DNA of 64,000 nt from Candidatus Flemingiibacterium sp. Its GTDB lineage: Bacteria; Bacillota; Clostridia; Oscillospirales; CAG-272. A program made the translations under genes and the position numbers. Location: assembly GCA_045636145.1 (NCBI GenBank), contig JAZTWV010000030.1, positions 623 to 64,622 of the forward strand, read 5' to 3'. Shown here piece by piece: positions 27,536 through 37,566 of this stretch; position 1 is the first letter of the stretch; the number at the start of each line of letters is the position of its first letter. The notes below the pieces were generated by a model that saw only the letters and a program-made list of their open reading frames with translations, did no database searches and was not told where the DNA came from.

Positions 27536-29932
27536 ATGAATTTATCACTTGATTGGGCAAAGGATTACGTCAGCCTTGACGGTATCACACCCAAGGAATA
27601 CTGTGACCGCCTTACCGCAACCGGTTCAAAGGTAGAGGGTTATGAGTGCCTTGGTGGGGATATAGAAAACGTGGTTGCCGGCAAGGTTATTTCCCTTGAG
27701 CGTCACCCGGATTCCGACCACCTCTGGGTATGTCAGATTGATGTGGGCGAGGAAGCACCCGTACAGATAGTAACCGGTGCGCAGAATGTGTTCGCAGGTG
27801 CTATGGTGCCTGTGGCAAAAGCCCCCTCAAAGCTTCCCGGCGGCGTTAATATTAAGGCAGGCAAGCTTCGCGGCATTCCCTCAAACGGTATGCTTTGCTC
27901 TGTTGCCGAGCTGAATCTTACAACTCACGATATGCCCGGTGCTATTGAGGACGGCATTTTCATCATGGACGGCATCGACTGCAAGCCCGGCGACGATATA
28001 CATGATGTGCTCAAGCTCTCTGACACTGTGGTTGAGTTTGAGATCACATCCAACCGTCCGGACTGCCTGTCCGTTCTCGGTCTTGCACGGGAAACAGCGG
28101 TATCATTCGGACGGGAATTCAAGCCGCAGACCCCCTCTGTTACATTCACAAAGGACGGCGACAAGGTTGAAAACTATCTTTCTGTTGACGTGCAGAACGC
28201 TGAGCTGTGCAAAAGATATACCGCGCGCGTTGTAAAGAATGTAAAGATCGCACCCTCACCGCTGTGGCTTCGCATGAGACTTCGCGCATCCGGTGTGCGC
28301 CCCATCAACAATATTGTTGATATCACAAACTATGTAATGCTTGAATACGGTCAGCCTATGCACGCATTTGACTATTCCTGCCTTGACGGCTCAAAGATAA
28401 TAGTCAGAAATGCCGCAGACGGTGAGATTTTCAAGAGTCTTGACGACATTGACCACACCCTTAATAACACCAATCTTGTTATCGCCGATGAAAAGAAGGC
28501 TGTAGCTCTTGCAGGTGTTATGGGCGGTGCTAATTCCGAAATCAAGGACACCACCACAACTGTAGTGTTTGAGTCTGCAAACTTCCTCGGAAGCTCTGTT
28601 AGAATCACCGCTAAAAGTCAGGGTATGCGTACCGAATCGTCGGGACGCTTTGAAAAGGGACTTGACCCCGAAAATACCATGCCTGCTCTTGACCGTGCCT
28701 GCGAGCTTGTAGCTCTCCTCGGTGCAGGTGAGGTGGTTGACGGCACTATCGACGTTTACAAGGGCAAGGAAGAGCCATTCAAGATGAAGCTTGAAGCCGG
28801 TCGCATCAACGCGTTCCTCGGTCTTGATGTAAGCGAGGACTACATGAAGGATGTGCTTCGCAAGCTGGAATTCGGTATCGACGGTGATGCGCTTACCGTT
28901 CCTTCCTTCCGCGCGGATGTTCGCTGCATGAATGACGTTGCCGAGGAGATTCTCCGCATTTACGGCTACGATACTATCAAATCCACAAAGTTTGTAACTC
29001 CTATCACCTCCGGAAGCCGTACGCCTATGCAGAAATTCGAGCTTCTTGTGGCTGACACCCTCTGCGCTATGGGACTTTACGAATGCGAGACCTTCTCCTT
29101 TATCAGTCCCAAATACTACGATAAGATAGGCATGGCTGAGAATGATCCTCGCCGCAAGTCCATAGTTATCTCAAATCCCCTTGGCGAGGATACCAGCGTA
29201 ATGCGTACCACCGCCATTCCGTCAATGCTTGAGGTGCTCTCACGCAACAACAACTACCATGACGGCAAAACCGCGCTCTATGAGATGGCTAAGATATACA
29301 TTCCCGATGAAGACCCGAAGAATCTGCCTGAGGAGCGCCGCCGCGTAACCGTAGGTTTCTTTGGTGACGGTGATTTCTACACCTTAAAGGGAATATGCGA
29401 AAGACTTCTTGACAAAGCAGGAATCGCAGATGCCGAGTATAAGGCAAACCGCGACAATTCCGCCTTCCATCCCGGAAGATGCGCCGATATCGTATGTGCA
29501 GACGGCACTGTTCTCGGTACTATCGGCGAAATTCACCCGGCGGTATCTCAGGGCTATGAGATAGACAAGCCTGTTTATGTTGCAGACCTTGATTTTGAGA
29601 ATCTGTTTGCAAAGGCTGATCTTGCAAAGCAGTTTAAGGCACTGCCCAAATTCCCTGCAACCACCCGTGACTTCGCATTTGTATGCGATGATGAGCTGGA
29701 AGTCGGTGCTATTGAGGCTGTAATGAGAAAAGCCGGCGGAAAGACTGTTGAAGATGTTAAGCTCTTTGACGTTTACCGCGGCAAACAGCTCGGAGAGGGT
29801 AAAAAGAGCGTTGCATTCAAGGTTATTCTCCGCGCTCCGGATCGCACCCTTACCGATGAGGAAGCTGACAAGACCTCAAAGAAGATTCTTACGCTTCTTG
29901 AACGTGAGCTTGGTATTACTCTGAGAGCGTAA
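27536..29932 (+). CDS. pheT: phenylalanine--tRNA ligase beta subunit
   Basis: MNLSLDWAKDYV N-terminus, tRNA-binding, B3/4, B5 and FDX-ACB layout. The track start 27464 overlaps the upstream gene; ATG 27536 follows GAAGGA. Confidence 0.93.
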   Translation: MNLSLDWAKDYVSLDGITPKEYCDRLTATGSKVEGYECLGGDIENVVAGKVISLERHPDSDHLWVCQIDVGEEAPVQIVTGAQNVFAGAMVPVAKAPSKLPGGVNIKAGKLRGIPSNGMLCSVAELNLTTHDMPGAIEDGIFIMDGIDCKPGDDIHDVLKLSDTVVEFEITSNRPDCLSVLGLARETAVSFGREFKPQTPSVTFTKDGDKVENYLSVDVQNAELCKRYTARVVKNVKIAPSPLWLRMRLRASGVRPINNIVDITNYVMLEYGQPMHAFDYSCLDGSKIIVRNAADGEIFKSLDDIDHTLNNTNLVIADEKKAVALAGVMGGANSEIKDTTTTVVFESANFLGSSVRITAKSQGMRTESSGRFEKGLDPENTMPALDRACELVALLGAGEVVDGTIDVYKGKEEPFKMKLEAGRINAFLGLDVSEDYMKDVLRKLEFGIDGDALTVPSFRADVRCMNDVAEEILRIYGYDTIKSTKFVTPITSGSRTPMQKFELLVADTLCAMGLYECETFSFISPKYYDKIGMAENDPRRKSIVISNPLGEDTSVMRTTAIPSMLEVLSRNNNYHDGKTALYEMAKIYIPDEDPKNLPEERRRVTVGFFGDGDFYTLKGICERLLDKAGIADAEYKANRDNSAFHPGRCADIVCADGTVLGTIGEIHPAVSQGYEIDKPVYVADLDFENLFAKADLAKQFKALPKFPATTRDFAFVCDDELEVGAIEAVMRKAGGKTVEDVKLFDVYRGKQLGEGKKSVAFKVILRAPDRTLTDEEADKTSKKILTLLERELGITLRA

Positions 29933-29952
29933 TGCTGTAAAAGAGGAATATC

Positions 29953-30816
29953 ATGAAAATATCCACTGAAATCGCATCTGCCGCAAAGCTCATCGGCGAA
30001 GAGCGAGCTGTGGAATACTATGCCAAGGCAGGCTTTGATGCATGGGACTTTTCCATGTTCAAAATGGCTCAGTACGACTATAAGAATAAGTGTATAGTCG
30101 AAAACGGTCATCCGCTTGGCGGACGTGACTACCTGGCGTTTGCAAGACGTCTTAAAAAGATCGGTCTTGACAACGGAATCGTATGCAATCAGTCGCACGC
30201 TCCGTTTCCCACATCCTGCCCCGAAATACGCTCGTATTTGAAGCGCGCTATTGAATGTACAGCCGAGGCAGGAGGGCAGATATGTGTAATTCATCCCGAT
30301 AACTACGCTTCGCCGGAGGTAAATGCGGAGATGTATCTTGAGCTTCTCCCGTTTGCCAAGGAGCACGGTGTGAAGATCGCCGCAGAGAATATGTGGTGCT
30401 GGGACAATGAGAAGGATCAGGCATCCTTTGCGGCGTGTATGACTCCGGAGAGCTTCAATGCCCATCTTGATGCAGTAGGCGATGATTTCTTTGTAGCCTG
30501 CCTTGACATCGGTCATGCGGAGATGCGCGGTGCAAATACATCAGCGGTTGAGCTTATAAAGGCACTTGGTCCGCGGCTTGGCGCACTTCACATCCACGAC
30601 AATGATAAGTGGCACGACAGTCATAAAGTTCCGTTTTCCATGCAGATTGATTTTGACCCTATAGTAAGAGCACTTAAGGAGATTGGCTATAGCGGCTATT
30701 TCACCCTTGAGGCTGACAGGCATTTTGCAGACTGCACAGAGGATAATGTGGCGGACGGTATAAAGGTGCTTTATAATGCGGCAAGGAAGCTTGCTGATAT
30801 GTTTGAGAGTTTATAA
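29953..30816 (+). CDS. sugar phosphate isomerase/epimerase (xylose isomerase-like TIM barrel)
   Basis: 287 aa; AP-endonuclease-2/TIM pattern (IAAENM, LDIGHA, LHIHDN). Confidence 0.75.
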   Translation: MKISTEIASAAKLIGEERAVEYYAKAGFDAWDFSMFKMAQYDYKNKCIVENGHPLGGRDYLAFARRLKKIGLDNGIVCNQSHAPFPTSCPEIRSYLKRAIECTAEAGGQICVIHPDNYASPEVNAEMYLELLPFAKEHGVKIAAENMWCWDNEKDQASFAACMTPESFNAHLDAVGDDFFVACLDIGHAEMRGANTSAVELIKALGPRLGALHIHDNDKWHDSHKVPFSMQIDFDPIVRALKEIGYSGYFTLEADRHFADCTEDNVADGIKVLYNAARKLADMFESL

Positions 30817-30871
30817 AAATATCGCCTCCGATGTACGCATCGGAGGCGGATTTTTTGTGTTGTGATTGATT

Positions 30872-31093
30872 TTACTCGTATCTGTCAATTCTATTAGTTT
30901 CTCCAAGGAGATAATCAATACTTGTATTGTAAAATCTCGCAAGCTTAATGAGAATTGCGGTCGGAATATCGTTTTCTCCTGTTTCATATTTTGAGTATCC
31001 TGTTTGCGACATACCAAGCATTTTTGCAACGGCAGTCTGATTTAAATCCTTATCTTCTCTTAAATCGCGTATACGCGGATACACTACAATCAC
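30872..31093 (-). CDS. XRE-family HTH transcriptional regulator
   Basis: RIRDLREDKDLNQTAVAKMLGMSQTGYSKYETGENDIP. Start is GTG 31093, or more likely GTG 31084 after GGGGTG. Confidence 0.85.
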   Translation of the reverse strand: MIVVYPRIRDLREDKDLNQTAVAKMLGMSQTGYSKYETGENDIPTAILIKLARFYNTSIDYLLGETNRIDRYE

Positions 31094-31127
31094 CCCTTAC
31101 AATGAATTTATATATAAATTATAGTAT

Positions 31128-31172
31128 AACCTGAATTAGGGTATTGACAAATAACCTAAATTAGGTTATAAT
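31128..31172 (+). promoter_or_regulatory. consensus promoter overlapped by two palindromic operator sites
   Basis: TTGACA 31144-31149, 17-nt spacer, TATAAT 31167-31172. Perfect palindrome AACCTAA-A-TTAGGTT at 31153-31167 fills the spacer; related AACCTGAATTAGGG at 31128-31141 abuts the -35. Confidence 0.6.
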
Positions 31173-31231
31173 AATGTTGTGGCGCATGTGCGCGACGGTA
31201 TTATTTATACAAAAGATGAAGGAGATTAACG

Positions 31232-31774
31232 ATGGAAAACAACATTATTATGTCAATGAAAACAAAGGTTCAGGATTACCTAAAAAACACTCTTATTGCT
31301 GCAGTAGTGGGAATCCCATTAACCTGCATGGGAATATGGATATTTTACCTTTGTTTAACTAATCAGGTTTATAAACCAGATGTACCAGCAGCTTCGATTT
31401 TGGGATTAATAATATTATACATAGGTATAGATGCCGGACAAATTGCAATAGGTAACTTTTCAAAGTATACAAAATCCAAGTTTACCTATCTAGAGGTAAC
31501 TCAAGAAGTAATAAAAGGTCAGATTAATACAAAAAACTTTGAAATAAAGGTAGAAGATGTAGTTTCTGCGTCTATTCAGGTATGCTCAGTTGCTTGTGAT
31601 TTCGATGGTGTCCCTAAAAATATGAATCCCGGGGTGTTTATGAAGCTTTACGCACAGACTAATAAGTATCTTTGTTTATTCACAAGCACTGGAAAAACAT
31701 ATTATATTGATTGTCTTACGTCCCCCGAAACAGCGAAGAGCACCATTGATTCTATAATTGCAAAAAACAAATAA
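31232..31774 (+). CDS. two-TM membrane protein with C-terminal bacterial-PH-like (YdbS/YdbT-type) region
   Basis: GAAGGAG RBS; two hydrophobic helices, then a beta-rich segment (LEVTQEVIKGQINTKNFEIKVEDVVSASIQ). Confidence 0.45.
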   Translation: MENNIIMSMKTKVQDYLKNTLIAAVVGIPLTCMGIWIFYLCLTNQVYKPDVPAASILGLIILYIGIDAGQIAIGNFSKYTKSKFTYLEVTQEVIKGQINTKNFEIKVEDVVSASIQVCSVACDFDGVPKNMNPGVFMKLYAQTNKYLCLFTSTGKTYYIDCLTSPETAKSTIDSIIAKNK

Positions 31775-31790
31775 GCGGAGAAAGAGTTTT

Positions 31791-32129
31791 ATGAAAAAGA
31801 AAAATATTGCCGTGGTTTTGTCTGCGCTTTTAATATTCATGGCATCATGTTCAAATGCAAATATCGACTCACAAATTGTCGGAACGTGGGAAAGTGAACG
31901 TTTAAATAACAGTACATATATATTCAGGGCAAACGGAACTTTCGAGCGAACAACGGCTTTCAACGAGTATTATGAGGGAACATATACTGCTGTTGATGGC
32001 GTACTTATGCTTGATTACGGCGAGGGATATAAAAAGCAGGAGTTAAGCTATGTGTTCAACAATGACAAATCAAGCCGTGACTATGGAGACATGAAAATAG
32101 GATATGATTATTTTGAAAAAGTAAAATGA
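31791..32129 (+). CDS. small lipoprotein, lipocalin-like
   Basis: MKKKNIAVVLSALLIFMASC lipobox; GTWES...YIFRANGTF pattern; GGAGAAAGAG RBS. Confidence 0.55.
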   Translation: MKKKNIAVVLSALLIFMASCSNANIDSQIVGTWESERLNNSTYIFRANGTFERTTAFNEYYEGTYTAVDGVLMLDYGEGYKKQELSYVFNNDKSSRDYGDMKIGYDYFEKVK

Positions 32130-32205
32130 TCTGTCATAACTAAAACATATATCCTTTTCTATATGCAGTTGTACAACGTAAATTCCAATTTTCGATAAAT
32201 TCAAC

Positions 32206-32241
32206 AAAAACAAGGTATCACACCGCGATACCTTGTTTTTA
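32206..32241 (+). terminator. rho-independent terminator
   Basis: CAAGGTATC...GATACCTTG 9-bp stem plus TTTTT. Confidence 0.8.
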
Positions 32242-32338
32242 TATACCCTATAATATGCCTCCGGCTTGCGAATTTCCGCCATTTTGCAGGAATTCCTGCT
32301 TTTTTATGCGGTTTTGATGTTTTTTTGCTCGTTTCTTG

Positions 32339-32367
32339 TTGACATACACGCAAAAAAATCGTATAAT
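32339..32367 (+). promoter_or_regulatory. consensus sigma-A promoter
   Basis: TTGACA 32339-32344, 17-nt spacer, TATAAT 32362-32367. Confidence 0.6.
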
Positions 32368-32428
32368 AGATATGTATATATTAAAATCAGGGGTACTGTG
32401 CGCATTTGTGCCTCGGAAAGGGGGAAAC

Positions 32429-33295
32429 ATGAGATTTGCGGTCATATCGGATATTCATTCCAACTTCATGGCACTGGAAAATGCTTTGTGTATCGTTGAA
32501 GAACAGCGGCGCGGCGACGGTATTGACGGCATAATTTTTCTCGGCGATTACCTTACCGATTTTCCCTATCCGCAGAATACGCTGAGGCTCCTTGACGAGT
32601 GCAGAGCGGAATTCCCCTGTTATTTCGTGCGCGGAAACCGTGAGGATTACCTTATCCGCCACAGATATGCCCCGGAGGACGGATGGAGCTACACGTCAAG
32701 CAGCGGCTCTCTTTTGTATACATACGAAAATCTTACAAAGGATGACCTTGACCGCTTTGAAGCGATGCCAATATGCCTCGATGTCACCCCCGAGGGAGCA
32801 GCAGGTATAACCGCCTGTCACGGCTCGCCGAAAAATAGCAAGGAATGGATAATGAACCGCCCTCAGCTTATTGACAAATATACGGCGGATATTGGCGGTG
32901 ATGTGCTTCTGTGCGGTCATACCCACCGCGGCGGCGTGGCTGAGGCTAACGGAAAGCGTGTCATCTTCTGCCCGAGCGTAGGGCTTCCTCAGGACAGGAA
33001 TCACGGCTCACGCATACTTATACTTGAATCAAAGCGCGGCTCATGGAGATACCGCTCGGTTTCGGTAGACTACGATAAGCATAAAATGCTGACGGAATTT
33101 CATCGGAGCGGACTGTATGAGCGAGCCGGAGTGTGGGCGAAGTGCATTATACGCTCCATGTTTGATGAGCACGATCACGCGGCAAGATGCGTGGCACTTG
33201 CGTGGAAAATAGCGGCGGCGGACGGATTTTCCGGCGGACAGGTGCTTCCCGAAAAGTATTGGGAGGCGGCGGCATCCGAGCTGTCACTGATATAA
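32429..33295 (+). CDS. metallophosphoesterase (calcineurin-like)
   Basis: MRFAVISDIHSN, GDYLTD, GNRED, GHTH motifs; ATG 32429 follows GGGGGAA. Confidence 0.85.
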   Translation: MRFAVISDIHSNFMALENALCIVEEQRRGDGIDGIIFLGDYLTDFPYPQNTLRLLDECRAEFPCYFVRGNREDYLIRHRYAPEDGWSYTSSSGSLLYTYENLTKDDLDRFEAMPICLDVTPEGAAGITACHGSPKNSKEWIMNRPQLIDKYTADIGGDVLLCGHTHRGGVAEANGKRVIFCPSVGLPQDRNHGSRILILESKRGSWRYRSVSVDYDKHKMLTEFHRSGLYERAGVWAKCIIRSMFDEHDHAARCVALAWKIAAADGFSGGQVLPEKYWEAAASELSLI

Positions 33296-33322
33296 AGAAT
33301 ATAATTATAAGGGAGAATAAAA

Positions 33323-34564
33323 ATGAGCAGTATTAAGGATATTTCACTTGCAAAAAGCGGACACGATAAGATCAATTGGGTAAAGAGCTATATGCCGGTA
33401 CTGAATCTTATCAACGAGGATTTCACAAAAAACAAGCCATTTGCTGGCAAAAAGATATCAATGTCCATACACCTTGAAGCAAAGACCGCATATCTTGCCA
33501 TAACTCTTGCGGCAGGCGGTGCTGAGGTTTATGTGACCGGATGCAATCCTCTTTCAACTCAGGACGACGTTGCGGCGGCACTGGTGGATCTCGGCTTTGA
33601 GGTAAACGCATGGCGCGGAGTAACCGATGCTGAGTATGAGGAGCATCTTAAGAAAACACTTTCGCTTTGCCCCGATGTTATGATCGACGACGGCGGAGAC
33701 CTTACTCATCTTCTCCACGGTGAGTGCCGCGAGTACGGCAAAAACCTTATCGGCGGATGCGAGGAGACAACAACAGGTATTCACCGTCTGTTCGCACGTC
33801 AGGCGGCAGGTTTACTTGATTACACCATGATAGACGTAAACCATGCCGACTGCAAGCATCTGTTTGACAACCGCTACGGCACAGGTCAGTCCACCCTTGA
33901 CGGTATTATGAATTCCACTAACCTTATAATTGCAGGCAAGACAGTAGTCGTTTCCGGCTACGGCTGGTGCGGTAAGGGCGTTGCAATGCGCGCTAAGGGC
34001 ATGGGCGCGAATGTTATCGTTACAGAGATCGATCCCGTTAAGGGAATCGAGGCTGTAATGGACGGCTTCCGCGTTATGACTATGGATGAAGCGTGTGCTC
34101 TCGGCGATCTGTTTATCACCGTTACGGGATGCAAGGACGTAATCCGCGCAGAGCACTTTGAAAAGATGAAGGACGGCGTTCTGCTTGCAAACAGCGGACA
34201 TTTTGATGTTGAAATAGACAAGATGGCACTTGGCAGAATGGCAAAGAAGCAGTGGGAGCGCAAGCCCAATATCATGGGCTACGAAATGCCCGACGGACGT
34301 GTTCTCAATCTTCTTGCAGAGGGCAGACTTGTAAATCTTGCCGCAGGCAACGGACATCCTGCGGAGATCATGGACATGAGCTTTGCGATTCAGGCAAAGA
34401 GCCTTGAATATCTTGTAAAGCACGCAGGAGAGCTTGACAAGAAGGTTTATCAGGTTCCGCGCGAGATCGACAACGAGGTGGCAACGCTTAAGCTTCGTGC
34501 GCTCGGTGCAAGCCTTGAGGTGCTCAGCGAGGAGCAGAAGGAATATCTTGCAAAAGTAGACTAA
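33323..34564 (+). CDS. ahcY: adenosylhomocysteinase
   Basis: 413 aa; CNPLSTQD, EETTTG, GYGWCGKG NAD-binding motif. Confidence 0.93.
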   Translation: MSSIKDISLAKSGHDKINWVKSYMPVLNLINEDFTKNKPFAGKKISMSIHLEAKTAYLAITLAAGGAEVYVTGCNPLSTQDDVAAALVDLGFEVNAWRGVTDAEYEEHLKKTLSLCPDVMIDDGGDLTHLLHGECREYGKNLIGGCEETTTGIHRLFARQAAGLLDYTMIDVNHADCKHLFDNRYGTGQSTLDGIMNSTNLIIAGKTVVVSGYGWCGKGVAMRAKGMGANVIVTEIDPVKGIEAVMDGFRVMTMDEACALGDLFITVTGCKDVIRAEHFEKMKDGVLLANSGHFDVEIDKMALGRMAKKQWERKPNIMGYEMPDGRVLNLLAEGRLVNLAAGNGHPAEIMDMSFAIQAKSLEYLVKHAGELDKKVYQVPREIDNEVATLKLRALGASLEVLSEEQKEYLAKVD

Positions 34565-34746
34565 AAAATACGGGACTGAACGGCAAGATTGCTGTTCGGT
34601 CCCGATACTTTTCTGAAAATCCGGATTTTATGCGATATGCAGGCAAAATTTTATTAGTAAACTGTAAAAGTTTCGGAATAATGCTTGCCAAGCGATAAAA
34701 TTTGATTTATAATAAAGGGTAGAATATTTTTCTCGGAGGTGCTTCT

Positions 34747-35874
34747 TTGAGCCTCAAAGATTTTTTTGATTATATAAAAAATAAGCGCTTTTTGAATACT
34801 GCCGCTGACGATATATCCGAGGACGTTGCCGAAGATGATTCGGAAGCTGTGGATGAAGTGGATGCTGAAACCGGCGAGGAGGCTGTGTTATATACGGAAG
34901 CCGAGCCGATTGTGGATGACGGGGATTTGTTTGCCGCATCCCTTGACTCACTTACCGCTGACGACATAGCACCCTGTGATGAAAGCCGTAAATCCTCTCG
35001 CTTTAGTAAACGCGACCTTGTACGCTACGCTGTGATGTTTGTCTGTGCCTGCGTTTTTTTAGGCAGTGCCGGATCGCTGGTTTCACGCCTTATTGATTAC
35101 AGGCGCGGAGATGCGGTTTACGGAGATATTGCGGATAATATATTTAGCGGCGACCTTGGTCCGGAGCACGCTGTGTCACCTGCCCTCAAGCTTTCTCAGT
35201 CGCCGGCTATGCTTGACTATTATTCCTCGCTGACACTTGACGAATCTGATGTGCCGGGGGACGATACCGTACAGCATAATGCGAAATTTGAGCAGATAAA
35301 GGCTAATCTTAACTATCTTAAATCGGTTAATCCCGACATATACGGTTACATCCATATTGACGGTACAAACATAAGCTTCCCAATCGTTCAGGGTGAGGAT
35401 AACGAGTATTATCTCAACCGTGCGTGGAACGGAGATTTCCTTGTTGTAGGCTCAATATATGCCGACTTCCGCGCTGACGAAAATATCGAAAACAACCGTA
35501 ACACCGTATTTTATGGGCATAATATGCTTGACGGCAATATGTTCAACAATGTTATGCTGTTCCGGGATGAGGAAGTGTTTAATTCCAAGCTTATTGAAAT
35601 ATATACCTTTGACGGAATATACACATATGAGCCTTTTGCCATATTCCAGACGGTGTATACATATCAGTATTTTCGCATGGAGTTTCTGTCAGACGAAGAT
35701 TTTGTGGGATTCTGCGAGGAGATGCAGTCAAACTCCGAGCACAGTAAGGACATGGCCTTTACCGGCGAGGATAAGATCATAACGCTTTCTACCTGCACTC
35801 CGTCCGACGATGCATCATCCTATTATGTGGGACGAATAGCACTTCACGCAAAGCTTGTTAAAACAGAGACCTAA
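34747..35874 (+). CDS. class B sortase with acidic N-terminal extension
   Basis: TTG start after GGAGGTG; TM anchor; FYGHNM (His) and ITLSTC (Cys) motifs. Confidence 0.8.
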   Translation: MSLKDFFDYIKNKRFLNTAADDISEDVAEDDSEAVDEVDAETGEEAVLYTEAEPIVDDGDLFAASLDSLTADDIAPCDESRKSSRFSKRDLVRYAVMFVCACVFLGSAGSLVSRLIDYRRGDAVYGDIADNIFSGDLGPEHAVSPALKLSQSPAMLDYYSSLTLDESDVPGDDTVQHNAKFEQIKANLNYLKSVNPDIYGYIHIDGTNISFPIVQGEDNEYYLNRAWNGDFLVVGSIYADFRADENIENNRNTVFYGHNMLDGNMFNNVMLFRDEEVFNSKLIEIYTFDGIYTYEPFAIFQTVYTYQYFRMEFLSDEDFVGFCEEMQSNSEHSKDMAFTGEDKIITLSTCTPSDDASSYYVGRIALHAKLVKTET

Positions 35875-35895
35875 GAAATATAACCGCAGAAAGGA

Positions 35896-36699
35896 ATGGG
35901 CATAATTATGAATATACTTCGCTGTCCGTTCTGCGGCTCACCCCTTGCAAGGGAAGAAAACAGTCTTTACTGCGAGGCGCACCGACACTGCTTTGATATT
36001 GCAAAGAGCGGATATGTCACGCTCACACGAGCACCCGGTACTGCCGGAGATGACCGTGATATGGTGCGTGCGCGCACAGCGTTTCTTGACAAGGGCTACT
36101 ACCGTCCGTTTGCCGAAGCGGTCGCCCATGCGATTGGTGACGCAAAGGTCGTTATAGATGCCGGATGCGGTGAGGGATATTATTCCGAAGCCGTGGCAGA
36201 GCGCGGAGCGTTGGTATATGGCTTTGATTTATCAAAGTATGCTTGTGATAAGGCGGCAAAACGTGCCAAGACGGCAGGGCACAGCTCGTTTTTCGGCGTG
36301 TCCAGCATTTTTGAGCTTCCCGTCGCCGACAAGTCTGCCGATTGTGTCATAAGTTTGTTTGCCCCGATTGCCGAGGCGGAATTTGCAAGGGTACTGAAGG
36401 ACGACGGGCTTCTTATAGTAGGTGCCGCCGGAACAAGGCATCTGTATGAGCTGAAGCGTGCCATATATCAAAACGCCTACGAGAACGAGGGGCGGCGTGA
36501 TCTTCCGGCAGGCTTTGAGGAGACCTGCCGCAGAAAGGTAAGCTATACCTTTGACTGCCGCGGTGAAGACTTGAAGCCGCTGTTTATGATGACTCCTTAT
36601 GCGTTCAAAACATCAAGGGAGGATGCGGCAAAGCTTGACGAGCTGACACATCTTGAAATAACGGCGGATTTTGATATATTTGTTTACAAAAAGAGATAG
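35896..36699 (+). CDS. RlmA/RrmA-like 23S rRNA (guanine-N1) methyltransferase
   Basis: LRCPFCGSPL...LYC...HCFD zinc finger, DAGCGEGYY SAM motif; ATG 35908 is an alternative start. Confidence 0.75.
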   Translation: MGIIMNILRCPFCGSPLAREENSLYCEAHRHCFDIAKSGYVTLTRAPGTAGDDRDMVRARTAFLDKGYYRPFAEAVAHAIGDAKVVIDAGCGEGYYSEAVAERGALVYGFDLSKYACDKAAKRAKTAGHSSFFGVSSIFELPVADKSADCVISLFAPIAEAEFARVLKDDGLLIVGAAGTRHLYELKRAIYQNAYENEGRRDLPAGFEETCRRKVSYTFDCRGEDLKPLFMMTPYAFKTSREDAAKLDELTHLEITADFDIFVYKKR

Positions 36700-36713
36700 A
36701 AACGGATTTTACA

Positions 36714-37421
36714 ATGAAAATTTCACTCTGCATACCAATGTATAATGAAAGCAGTATAATAGACCGCACACTTAAAACGGTTTCCGAGTATATGGCGGCT
36801 AATTTCGATGATTACGAAGTGATTTTCTCCGATGACGGAAGCACTGACGGATGCCGCCGTGCGGTGGAGTCCTTCGCCGACAGCCGCATACGTGCCGTGG
36901 GGTATGAGGTGAATCGCGGCAAGGGCGCGGCAATACGAAACGGCGTTTTGAATGCCGAGGGAGATATTATCGTGTTCACCGACTGCGATCTTGCATACGG
37001 TCTTGATGTTGTGAAGGGTGTCACGGAGATGTTTCAAAAACGCCCCGATGCCGATGTTATCATAGGTTCACGGAATCTGACAAAAGACGGCTACGGCGGG
37101 TACACCCTTCTTCGCAAGCTTGCATCCAAGGCATATATAAAGTGTCTCTCCGTGGCGGCAGGCTTTAAGCTTTCGGATTCCCAGTGCGGCTTTAAGGCGT
37201 TCAGAAAAGAGATGGCACACAAAGTGTTCTCCGAATGTGTTGTTGACGGTTTTGCCTTCGATTTTGAGGTGCTTATTAAGGCACGCAATATGGGTGCTGT
37301 AATATGCGAAATGCCGGTTCGCGTGGTAAATCACCGTGACAGCAAGGTAAAGGTGTTCAAGGACAGCCGCAAGATGCTGCGGGATGTCAGGATGATAAAA
37401 AGGAACAACAGGGCAAAATAA
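36714..37421 (+). CDS. family 2 glycosyltransferase
   Basis: SLCIPMYNE, DDGSTD, TDCD (DxD). Confidence 0.85.
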   Translation: MKISLCIPMYNESSIIDRTLKTVSEYMAANFDDYEVIFSDDGSTDGCRRAVESFADSRIRAVGYEVNRGKGAAIRNGVLNAEGDIIVFTDCDLAYGLDVVKGVTEMFQKRPDADVIIGSRNLTKDGYGGYTLLRKLASKAYIKCLSVAAGFKLSDSQCGFKAFRKEMAHKVFSECVVDGFAFDFEVLIKARNMGAVICEMPVRVVNHRDSKVKVFKDSRKMLRDVRMIKRNNRAK

Positions 37422-37566
37422 GGCGTTTTTGCATTACTTTGCATACACGTGGGAATATGTCATAACGACTTTACAATAATTTCATAAAAAAGTCTTTGAA
37501 TTTTTTTACATGTATGCTATAATGAAAATATAAAATACTATTCTGTGAAAAGGAAGGTACGATATA

